54,329 bases of DNA from Proteromonas lacertae (Eukaryota): assembly GCA_002245135.1 (NCBI GenBank), contig NGBS01000328.1:1-54329 (forward strand). The letters run 5' to 3'. Made by a program: the position numbers and the translations under genes. The stretch's first letter is position 1. The number at the start of each line of letters is the position of its first letter. Below the pieces are notes generated by a model. The model was not told the origin of the DNA. It made no database searches and saw only the letters and a program-made list of their open reading frames with translations. Positions 12,079 to 24,249 of the stretch are shown piece after piece.

Positions 12079-12333
12079 AATGTAAGATAAAAGATGAATT
12101 AGTTCAAAAAAATATTCATATTAGATTATGAATGGAAATGTCAGATATGCTCTATTTAACTCTGGATCCCAAGATATAGAAAAGAGAAAAAATACAGAAA
12201 TACAAAATGTTAATTGTATTTTATTTCATGTTGATAATTAAGTAAATCTCTTATTGTATAATATACTTTGTTGATTTGTGTAGAACGAGATAGAAAAAAA
12301 ACAATCAAAAATTTAAAATATTCTTTAAATATC

Positions 12334-13078
12334 TCAATATTCAATAGAAATATTATATTTTCTATTGGCATAATCTGGGTAGAGTTTTGTGTTCAATCCT
12401 TTTCTTTTATTCAATTTTAGTGTTATGGTGTGTTTCTTCTTTTCTTTTGATAAATATAAGTATTTATTCTCATCAAATATACCACTACTCTCAATTAATT
12501 TACAGTATTTCAAGTAATTATCTTTATTGGTTTTACATTCATTTTCTTTCCCATATAAACAATTTAATACTTTCACTGGTCCTTCTATCAGTTTATTTTC
12601 ATTTATATCACATATACCACGAATTAAAACTCCAAAACTTACTTCTTTACTACCAAAAGTCATATCAATTCCCATCTTTTGTTGTGCTGTTGCATAATTA
12701 TCGTCATTTTTCTTTCCAAAATGATGTACATACCATTTACTATATAATTTTTGACGAGGATGACAGTGAGATGTCTTATCTTGATGAATATTAGTATACA
12801 AATAGAATTCCAACTCTTTTATTAAATATTTTCTATTTAAATTTGCACATATAACATAGTTCTCACATATATTATGTGTTATTTCTTGAAAATAAGAACA
12901 AGCTTCATTTTCTGTATTTATTTGAGATAATAATTTTAAATCAATTAAATGAGTCTTAGATCTTTTCTATATATAATTCAGTTTTTACTAAAGCTTACAG
13001 TATTTGGTATTTCCTCTGAATAATCTGTTACACAACTTTCTATTGGGAATAACAATTTAATCAAATACTTCTTTTCAT
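12334..13078 (-). CDS. Methylpurine DNA glycosylase (MPG/AAG)-like protein
   Basis: IKELEFY, HxDxxxH, WYVH, GIDMTFG, GVLIRG, IEGP and RKGL follow the MPG-fold motif order. Two short 5' introns link ATG 13078 in frame. Confidence 0.6.
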
Positions 13079-13282
13079 TTCTGAGTTATTTATATATTAG
13101 TTGGAGAAGAGAATAACGAGAATTATTTAATTATGAAAATAGAGTCGTTTCATTATATTATTAATAATGATATTTTGATATGGAACACATATAATAATGC
13201 TATCATTTCTAATTTTTTATAACAAGAAAAACAAAAATTCAAATAAATCTCTATATTGGTTAATAAATTGTTTTGTGAGGAA

Positions 13283-15314
13283 TTAATCAACTTTAATTGA
13301 AGCATAAATAGTTCTTACAAACCTAAAACTTGCTAAAAATCCAACACATCCTGTTACAAGCATGAATAAGTAAGCAATAATTAAAGTATATCCAAAATAA
13401 AATACTTCTATTTAAAAAATAAACATATATATTATATATATACTAGAAGTGAATTTATTCATATGTAATTTGGTATAATATGCTACTCCATATAAAAATA
13501 CATAAAATGCAGATGAACCAGTAGACATAAATGATCTCCACCACCAATTATAATCTTCAGAAGATAATTGAAAATAAGTAACAACAATTGAAACTTCAGC
13601 ACAAGTAATGACCATAATTATATATACCACTAATATAAAAGTAAATATATAATATAATTGGTGTAACCAGATTGATGTTAAGATAAAAAATAATTCCATA
13701 AACACAGCTCCAAATGGTAATAAACCACTGGATAAACAGCTGATTATTGGATCTAAATACCATGGTTGTGGTGGAATAACTCTATTGATTTGATTTACTT
13801 TAACAGGAATATCATATTTATTACGTTTAAAACCTAAAAATGCACCAACTAATACTAATGGAGTGTTTATACCCATCCACATTAATAAGATTGTTAATAT
13901 TGTCTCTATTTATAATAATAATAATAATAATAATATATACTAAATGGTATAGCATAAGAACTCTCAGTCCACCACACAAATAAGTTAATTATAAATATAA
14001 GTAATCCAATACTTCCTGGTAAAAACACAATAGTAAATAAAACAGCATTCTTCCAATGTTTAGGATCAAATAGTTTAGATAATCTTGCAGTATAATAACC
14101 AGCAAATGAACCTAAAAAGAAAAACATCAAAACTAAGCCTGTTAAGATAGAACCTCTTCTAGCTGGACTTAAGAATCCAAAGGTAGCAAATAATAAAACT
14201 AATAAAGCAAGCCAAGCTATTTGAACACCTGAACCAATTAAAATAGCGAAGAAAGTACTGTATTTTGGTGGTCTAAATACATCACCATGTATTAACTTCC
14301 AACCTGTTTCTTCCAATGCTTCCTCTCTACTTTCAGAATCAATAGTATTATATCTATCAATATCTTTATGTAAAGCACGAATCAAGATTAATCCAATCAT
14401 TATTGTTAAGAATACGACAATTAATAATGAATTAACAACGGCAAACCAATGTACTTTCTCTGATGGATTTCCCCTGAAGAATAAATCCCATCTTGAAGCC
14501 CATTCTACATCAGGTTCATTTACCCAAGATACTTCGTAAGTCCAATATATTGTTTCTTCAGTTTGTACCATCTACTGTTTGTTGTTCTGAACCTAATGTT
14601 GATTTCTCATTGCAGGTTGATAAACCACTAGTTGTTTCTATATGCTTCACACTGGTAGGTACTACTTCTGCACCAACGATTCTGGCTGTGTCATTTTGAC
14701 CGTCATTTTGATGGTATTTGAATGTAAAATGTAAATGATTGTTGATTATGTGTTTTCCTGAATCTAGTTTTTGACCTAATGGATAACCACCTTTGTAATA
14801 ATAATTAACACGTTGTTCATCAGCATATTGAATCATTGCAAGTGGAATATTATCGAATAACATGTTGACTGTATATTCATCTTCGATTTTTTGAACAAAT
14901 TTCTTTAATTCACTTGGTGTGTAGGTTCTCTTGCATAATATTGTGCAAGGCATTGATTCCAACATCCTAATTTCATAAAATGTAGATTTTACTACATCAC
15001 CACTCAAAATTTGACCTAAACTTTCGTCATATTTGATAATTCTTCCATTGACACAGAATGGAAGCCTGTAATAATCATAAGGGAGCTGTACCTTTGTTGA
15101 TGATAGTTTTGTCACTAAAAGGTCAATCTAGTAAATAGATGACATAAAATATACTTTATCTCCCTTAACATAATCACGTGGTTCAATTCCTGGAATTAAA
15201 AATGAGTTTACTTCTGATTGAAAAAGAAGGAAAAGTAGAATAAAAAGAGTTGCATTTGATTTAACCAATGACCTAGATTAAAAAATAAATATGATAAAGT
15301 AATGCAATATACAT
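13283..15314 (-). CDS. Transmembrane 9 superfamily protein (EMP70/TM9SF2-4 like)
   Basis: LPYDYYRLPFC, WASRWD, HWFAVVNS, EETGWKLIHGDVFRPP, GLLPFGAVFMEL, EDYNWWWRSF and a C-terminal IKVD. Confidence 0.95.
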
Positions 15315-15501
15315 TGCCTATAACTCCAAAAAACCAACGATAAAAATAAATGATAATTTGGGGAAATTGGTTGGATGAAAAAATACACTGTATTAGATAA
15401 ATTTAAATTTCAGAAGCAATCAAAGGGAATATGATGATATATACACCATACTCTATCACAAATATGTACAGAATTATAATAAAAGATAGTATAAATTTAG
15501 A

Positions 15502-16711
15502 TTAATTTAATTTGTCATTTCTTTCTTTGATAATCTTCATCAATTTCTCTCTAGGTGTAATCTCATTTCTTTTGTCTGTATTTTTGTATATATGAGTGAA
15601 ATATTGTCTTCCATTTACTGTAATTATTCTTCCCCATTCTGGTAACAACTCACATAACTCAAATACTTTCTTTTGTATTAAGTCTGCTGTTTTAGAATGT
15701 CCTAACTTTCCCAATATTTGAATTCTTAAATTGTTGATATAAATAGCTTCTTCTCCATTCATCACAATATTGTGGATAATATCCATAATCTTTAACAACG
15801 AATCGTTATCTTCTTTTTCTTTTCTTCTTGCTGCAAACCTTTCATTACACCTTTTTCTCAATTGTTCTTGAATATATTTCTGTTTAAATTCTTCAGAATA
15901 ATCCTTCAATAACTCTGGTATTTCTATTTTATCTTTTGCATTCTTTTCTTCTTCTTTTATTTCTTCCTCCAAATTAATCATTGACTTTTCTATTGATGGT
16001 TTAAGACTTGGTTTTGGTATTTGTGGTAGTTTAAATGGTTCTGGAAATGAAACTTCATCTGCTTTGAAAAAAGGATTCCATAAATTTGTCAAACACTCCA
16101 TGTTATTACTATCACAATATTCTTTATTCTTTTCATTTAAATAATTGATTAATATATTTTTAAATTTCGCTTTCCTCATAGGTACTTCTTTACTCATTAA
16201 TTGAAATTTTGGTATTTTATCATAGTCACTAATCCATAAATATAACTCAAACTTATCTTCTGATGTTTTTTTCTTTCTTTCTACACTATAACTCTATTTT
16301 TTATTATATTTAAATAACAATTTAGTATACTTCAGGATAAAATGACAAAATTATGCTTAATTGATATTCCTTAAATTGATAAGAAGTTGATCGTTCCACA
16401 TATCTTTGTGCTTCTTCAAAACGCTGTTTTGGATGTTTTTGATGAAACATACCCAAATGTTCATCCAATTTACAAAATTGGTTATATAATATATTGTATT
16501 TTTCTGGTAAATATGGTTTACAGCTAGTTTCTTGTTTATTCTATGTATTTGTAAAGTTTATTTATATTACATCTTCATTTTCAAATTTATCACTTTCTAA
16601 TGTATCAGGTATTTTAGTTTTCTATTTTAAATATATTAAGCAATGAACTCATACTTTTACTGATGCTTGTTGTCCATCTAGAATCTTTCTCTTCTTCGAC
16701 ATAAATGCCAT
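15502..16711 (-). CDS. CDT1: DNA replication licensing factor Cdt1-like
   Basis: LPEKYNILYNQFCKLD...FEEAQRYVERSTSYQF...ILSFYPE in the spliced 5' exons, and C-terminal ELLPEW. Confidence 0.7.
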
Positions 16712-16779
16712 ATAAAATTATAACTGTCAAAAACGTGCTTGAATGATCTATTAAGCTTGACACGATATTTTAGATATTA

Positions 16780-18707
16780 ATGGTATTTTTCTATTGTTAT
16801 AAATTAGGATTATAATTCACTGTCGCTAGATATTTTACATACAATATATAGTTACTTGCCTGCATCTCCAGATCGTGAAAATGCCTTTATGACCTGTAAA
16901 TCATGGTCAAGAAATAGAGAATATATGTATTGAAACTATAAATTACATGAAATAGGAATTATTATGTAGGAGCAACTCACAATTATGGAATTCATCATTT
17001 TTCAACAATACAAGAGGCGATTGATAATGCTTCAAGTGGCCAAACAATAATAGTTGGTGTATATATAACATATTTTATCTGAAAAACCTAGAAAGGCATT
17101 TATCGTGAAGTATTGATAATAAAAACTTCTATAAGAATAATTGCTGAGAGTGATAATACATATCTATTATGGAATGATATTAAGGATGATAAACCACCGA
17201 ATTTAAATGTTATTACTGTTGATAGTATTAATTATCAAATTAAAAATTACAAATAGATTGCAAATGCGAAATAAATAATCTTATAATCCGTCACAAACAA
17301 TTTCGTGAGATACAGAATATGTTAAATCCACGAGAATCAGCTCCTACATGGAGAGTTGAAGCAATAAGTTCAGTATATGTAAAAGGTAGAAGTTTGTGTG
17401 TATTAAATAATTGCGATATATCATGTGATCCAGGAAGTGCAATACTATGTACAAACACATCAAAAATAGAGTATAATATAATATATATTGTTGTTGTTAT
17501 AGATTGTTTGACTGTAATATTTATTGTTCAGCTAATGGGATAAACATAAAAAATGTATGTGATGGATATATAAAAGGATGTAATATAGAGAATTGTGAAA
17601 TGATAGGAATATCGCTGAATAGTTCTGGTCATATAAAAATAGAGAATAGTTCAATTCATAATGAAGAAAGAGAAAGTGTTGGAATATCAATCAGTATAGG
17701 AACAGTTACTCTTGAGAATAATCAAATATTTAGGTATATGAATAATAGTTTTATAAGTAATAATAGAAATCGTATTGGTTTAAGATTATTTACAAGTAAT
17801 CCAATATTAATAAATAATAATAATATCTTTCATAATAATGTAGGAATATTCATCGATGGAAGACAGCAAGTAACCTATACTGTAAATCGTCCAAAGCATG
17901 CTGAAATTAGTAATAATACAATAAGTACAAATGAACAGAATAATTTGATATTAAGTGGAGGTTCTTCACCTCATATTCATAACAATATAATATCAGAAAG
18001 TGAAAATTGGATTAACGATTCGAGATGGTTCTTGCCCAACAATAGTATTTATTTTATATATTATTTATATCTCATTTTATATTTATAGTGGAAGAATAAG
18101 ATATTTGGTCATAGAAAATACGGAATGACAATTGGTGGTGGTAGTAACCCATTAATCAAAGAAAATGATTTTTTTCATAATATTTCTCCAATTAATATAA
18201 CCAAAGCAGGTGGTCAAATAATGAATAACAATATCTATTATAATTATACTACTCCATTTGAAATAAGTGGTGAATCGATAGTTAAAGGACATTACCCACA
18301 GTTTCGAAAGAATTATATATATTTGCATGATAATAGACAGTACATGTTATCAATAACAAGTGAAGTATCGAGATTAATAGTGATTGATAATATAGTATAC
18401 GGTAAGAAAAATGATTTATTGTATATCTCATAATAACAATTATTTATTTATTAGTTATGGTAATATAGTGAATAAAGAGTATAAAATAATAGATAATGAA
18501 TCAAAAGGTGAAGTTAAAGTGGATTATTCGTTGTTAGATAGAAGAAATGGCATTACTGATTTCAGAAAGAAATTAGAAAGTAGTGAAATATTGAAAGTGA
18601 AAAATAGAAAGACTAATAAACGTGTTATTATTGGTTCATTTATATCACTTGGCTGTTTTGTTTCAATATCAATTTTGTGTAATTTGGTAAGAAATAAATG
18701 TAAATAA
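16780..18707 (+). CDS. F-box plus right-handed beta-helix (PbH1) protein, FBXO10/11-like, with a C-terminal hydrophobic helix
   Basis: Spliced N-terminus SLSLDILHTIYSYLP...TCKSW (F-box), FSTIQEAIDNA, repeated IxxNxIxxN turns, and C-terminal VIIGSFISLGCFVSISILC. Confidence 0.7.
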
Positions 18708-19202
18708 ATCTAAGTATTGATAATAGTTGTGTTTCTTTTAAATAGGAAATAATTTTAATAGAATAACCATCAAAACAAAGAAATAGAGAAAATGACTTTT
18801 CATTTAAACTTCATATCATAAAATACTTCATATATTTCATCTTTGTAAAACATTTTTAACAAATTACATTCATTTTAACTTGAACTACTTCTCTTAAAGA
18901 AAATTTATCAAACACTAATTCAAACATTATTCATAATCCTAAAGATGGAGCTATATCAAGATAATATTTTTTACCATATTTCTAGTACATTTTATCTTCA
19001 ATAACTACAATAACAATTTAACTAAAATATTCATAACGTATTACATATCATATGCTCATATTATCATTATTAAAATGAAATATAATAACAATACTGCATT
19101 TACATTCATATATCAACAATTAAATCACATTTTAATTTTTGGGTTATTCAAAATTTTGATAAAAATCAAATTTCGTTATTTTTGTTATATATTTACATAA
19201 AG

Positions 19203-21313
19203 ATGATAATAAAAGTGAATAAAAGCATAAGAGAAGAGGGGTATATTTTGTATTTATTTTTATGATAGATTATGTCGAAAATTGGTTGAAAGTGGTTTTG
19301 GTGATATAGAAGTGAAGATTAGAGATAATCGAATAATGTCAATCAAGTCAATTTTAGTGAATGGAAATGAAACTGTAAAGAAACTGTTGTTAGATCGTGA
19401 GTTTGTTGGAGTTTTGGAGTTATATGAAGAAATCGAAGAAATTGGCTATTATGAGATGGAGAAATACTACAGTGGTGGTGAACTGATAATCTGTAAAGAG
19501 AGTGTGTGTGAAGTGTTGATGTTTTGTTTATGTTATTGTGAAAAAGAGATAATAAATGATTGTTATGAATTTGTGAAGAATAATATAGATGATGAAGTAT
19601 TAATGAAATTAATTCATATATGTAATGTATTTGGTGGATGTTTGAGAGAGATAGAAGACTTGAAAAATATGGAAATAGAAAAGCGAGGATATAAATATTT
19701 ATATAAGAATGAATATTTGTTGAGATTAGAAATGAATAATTTGATTGAGATATTAAATATGAGAGATGTGATAATAGTGAATGAGTTATGGTTATTAAAT
19801 CGATTGTTAGAATGGTATAAATTCCAAAAGAATAACAATGATAATAAAGAGATTAAAGCATGATTTTAAACAATTGATAGAAGAAGATATCGATTGTGAA
19901 AAGATAAAAGAGAAAGAGATAGAAAAAGAGAATAAAGAAATGTTGAAAGAAATGAAAATAGAATTGAAGAAAAATGAATGTAAAAATCATATAGAATTAT
20001 ATTTAATAAAAGATGATATAATTCAAAATGTGATAATCAACAAATACAATGAAGATAAAGATGATGAAGACTTTAATGAAGAAGAAAGAGGAATATTGGA
20101 TAAGATAAAAGAAGAAGAATTGAATGATGAAATAATGTGTATATTAGAAATGAATAAAATAAAAATGATGGAAATAGTATTGATGATAATGAAATATAAA
20201 AATATGAAAATGAAAAGTATAAATAGTAAAAATATATTTAAATAGAATATATCTCAAATATAGAAAAGAGAAATATATTGGAAAGATTATGTATGGAATA
20301 TAATGAGAATAAAAGAAATCGAACAATGAAATGTTTATGTTTGTTTGTTGATGATAAAAAGAATATTTCAATAATAGAAGAAGTATGTGGAAAAGAAATT
20401 CTTTTTAGAATATTGAATGAAGATAATTATTTAAACTCCAAATCTAAAGAATTATTAAGAGAATATATAAAAGAGAATAAATTGAGTTTCGAAGAAGAAG
20501 AAGAAATGATTGTAATAATGAAAGATAAAGAATTATTGAATGAATTAAAAACAAAAGAAATCACATCATTTTCATATCCTCAATCAGAATATTCATTTGC
20601 TATTTATGAAGAAATGTTCAATAATTCCTTTATGTTGATGGAAATCGATGTGAATTTTCAATCAATCCTTCATTGCCAGATGGATTAATGATAGATCAAG
20701 AAAATGGAATAATTCATGGAAAAGTGAATAAAGAAATCGAAAAGAGAATATGAAATAAGTTGTAAGAATATTTTAAGTGAAAAGAATTTAAATTGTCATT
20801 GGAATTTATTGATGGTAAAATTCACAGAATTAAACAAAATGTTATGGAATATCAATCTCAAATAATGGAAAAATAATAACAAAAACAAATGGTCTTTATA
20901 ATCATTGTTATTTGAATTTGAAAATGGAAAATGGAGTTTATCATATCAAATATCAATTTCATCAAAATAGAAGCTTATTATGATATTATAATGTTAGGAT
21001 TATCAACAGATAATACATATTTTGGTTATTGTATTTTTGATGAATCAACATGTAATTATTATGCATTTTATGGTAAAAGTTATTATATTACTAGATATTG
21101 TCATATTGGCAGAGTTGTTAATTAATAATCCAAATTTCAATAATCATGGAGATGGTTCAATTTATGAAAGTGATTGTTGATATGAATAAAAGAGAATTTT
21201 GGATAAGTCATAATAACTCATCTCCTGTTTTACTTGTTAAAGATTTACCTTCTCCATTATATCCATATGTTGAATTGGGTGATAAAAATACATCAATAGA
21301 ATTATTATCATAA
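19203..21313 (+). pseudogene. BTB-like / He_PIG-type Ig / SPRY-like gene with several frameshifts
   Basis: Paralog of 47822-49954 (GFGDIEV vs GYGDLRV; LPDGLMIDQENGIIHG vs LPNGLSFNKETGEISG; DLPSPLYPYV vs NLPDELDPYV), with shared intron positions. Frame breaks at ~19860, ~20630, ~20745 and further downstream could be sequencing errors. Confidence 0.6.
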
Positions 21314-21689
21314 TGTAATATAAGTAAAATTTAATATAAAGAGAAGAAAATTATAATTGAATAATATGTAGCTATGCAATTAATATTCTTATAACTGAGC
21401 TGTTTTATTTAGTAATTGGTTAGAAGTAAATTCAAATAAAATAAATGTTGATTTGCTTTTATATCATGATATTAATAACCATCAAAACGAAGAAATTAAT
21501 TGAGCTAATTATCCATAAATCAATTAATTAGAAGAAGAATATCACTAATCCACTTTTATTTCTTTAATGAAATAACGAAAATGTAATGATTATTTATTAG
21601 ATTTTCAATAATATTACCAATTAACACACAAATAAAATAATGAAATAAAATCAAATATACAAAATATGTAATATATAAAAGGGATTTAT

Positions 21690-23992
21690 TTATACTGGAT
21701 GAAGTGCTTTATCTTCTATTATTAATGGTGAATCTTCTTTCATTAATTCCGATTCTTTCTTTCGAAGATCTTTCTCTTCATCAATACCTTTTTTAACTAA
21801 ATCTTTAAGTTGTTTTTTATCAACATCTATATAGTATAAAGTAAAATATATATATAAATACACCTCCAAATATAGAATCTTTTAAATTGTGGAACACTTC
21901 TTCTTGTATTTTGCATTTCCTATCCATTTTAAAGGATCAAATCCAACAGTTAACAATTCATCTAATGATAATTTCCTTATTCCAGCATTATAAACAGCCA
22001 TTTCATTTCTATATTGTTCTTGAGCTGCTTTGAAATATAAATAACAAATATCAGCAAAATAAGGTTTTAGTATTTTATCTCTTATTGATGATCTGACTTT
22101 AAATTGAGTTGGTTTTGGTTTAACCAATACTTTTTCAATTGTTTTCTTCTTAGCAAATAATTCAACTAAATGATGATGTTTTTGCATCAACTGATAGTTT
22201 AGCATTCTCAATCTATTATACTCCTCTTGCTTATCCTTATCCCTTAACGCTCCTTTCTTTAACATCTCATCAGTCTCTACATATATACTCTCATCAGCTA
22301 ATCTTGATTGTTTTAATCTACTATTCTGAGTATTCTTTTGCATTTGAGTCTCTTTAATATATTCTTCAACACCTCTTTGATACATTTTACATAGACATTT
22401 ATATCTAGCTTGTCTTACTGCAAAATGTCTTCTGATTAATCTTTGTCCTCTTCTTATTTTTTGTAATGATTCAACTACTTGTGTAGTAAATGTATTTTGA
22501 AACTGAATTCCATATAAGAAGGAGTATATAATATCAGCACTTTTCTTCTTTTTATATTTCCTCATTCCATGTCTTAAAATTCTTTTTGGCCCTTCAAATA
22601 GTAATTTTATTGCATCACATTTTTCAGCTCTTCTTCTTGTCCATAATCTAAACCATCTTTGGATTTTAATAGACGTATCATATCTCAAGTGTTTTTCTTT
22701 TCCACTATAATATCATAAGAATATATATATATATATATACTATGGTATTATCACTTTAGCTAGTTGATGAAATGCATAATAGAATTTGATATATTCAAAC
22801 CATTTTTTCTAATACAACAATATTATACTTATATACAAATGCAGGTCTTAATTCTCTGATATGTAATATATAGATTCTATGTTTCTCTTTTTGTTCTATT
22901 CTTTCTAATATTGATTTATGTCTTTCTTCCATCATTGATGATCTTCTTTCTTTTACTATTGATGCTCTTTTTACTGCTTCTTCACTCCTTTGTTTAATTG
23001 ATTTATTTCTCTTTTCATTAAATACAGATACTTCCATTTTGTTGATTTCTACAAAACTAATTCTTGGTTTTAAAGGTGAAGTAGAATCAATACTTGGTAA
23101 CTCTTCTAAACAAATATAATAATATAAAAAGCAATAAATACGAAAGTCGTCTGGAAAGTTGTCAACTTCTTCTTCTTTTATTTCTTCTTCTGTAACTAAC
23201 ACTACTTCTTCATTTCTATTACTATTATTACTACTATTATTATTTCCCTGTTCCTCTTCTACTTCTTCTTCTTTTATAGTGTTAACTGGAGTATTAGATA
23301 GTTCAGAATCTTCAAAATGCTCTTCTGTTTTATATATCTCATCATTTGATAATGTTTTTGATCTTTTATGTTCTGGTGGTTTTAATACGTGTGGATAAAC
23401 TAATGATATTCGGATTGGAACATGTTTAGGTGATAAACTTCGCTTTTTACCTCTGAATGATACTTCTGTTGGTGGTAATGAGAATTGATCTTGACTTTTG
23501 GATTGTTGTAGATTAGTTCTTCTTTTATTTGGTGATTTTGTGTTAATAGGAGAGAAATTACTTTCTCTTGAATCTGAATTAGATGGTGAAACACCTCCTG
23601 GAGTATACATTTGTCTGTTCCTAACATGCGGTAGTTTTACATCCATTTCATTAGCCTATACAATAATTTATAATGAATTATACAGCTGCTTCTATCTTAG
23701 CCATCAATTCTTCAATTCTTTCTATTCAATCGATAAGCTACTAAAATACTTTGCTGTTTTTTCTTATCTCCTGTAGATGGACCTTTATCTCTTCTGAGTC
23801 TAGCCTTTCGATTTCTAAAAGACAATTATTAGTGTTTTATACTCTAAACTCTCACTTTCTTGTAATACTAAGTTGTTTAGGACCTTTCCACTTGGCGTGG
23901 AAGGTCCATATTTTTCGCGTTTATTATGATCATAATTAACCTACATTGCTTTAAAAACTGCTAAAAAATACTTTAATTGGAGATTTTATCAT
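21690..23992 (-). CDS. Uncharacterised multi-exon protein with IQ-like motifs
   Basis: Long ORFs 21882-22688 and 22795-23646 are joined by GT-AG introns, with motifs IKIQRWFRLW and RRGQRLIRRH. Start is approximate. Confidence 0.6.
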
Positions 23993-24110
23993 TTCTAATG
24001 TCTCTAATTTATCTTCTAAGTGATAGATGATATTCTGACTGAGAAAACAAAAAAATAAAACAAGGTTGTTAGAAATGAAACGGATTGATTTTCAGTAATA
24101 TTAAAAAATG

Positions 24111-24117
24111 AAAAAAA
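24111..24117 (-). terminator. RNA polymerase III oligo-T terminator of tRNA-His
   Basis: Run of 7 T on the minus strand, 3 nt past the discriminator base. Confidence 0.75.
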
Positions 24118-24120
24118 GCT

Positions 24121-24193
24121 TGCCCGGGCCGCGATTCGGACGCGGGTTATTTCGGCCACAACGAAATGTACTAACCAACTATACTACCCGGGC
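24121..24193 (-). tRNA. tRNA-His (GTG)
   Basis: The reverse complement GCCCGGGTAGTATAGTTGGTTAGTACATTTCGTTGTGGCCGAAATAACCCGCGTCCGAATCGCGGCCCGGGCA folds as a cloverleaf with a GTG anticodon. Confidence 0.95.
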
Positions 24194-24249
24194 TCTATAA
24201 TTTTCATTGAAATACTATACATAAACTACAATCGTAATCCAAACAAAAT

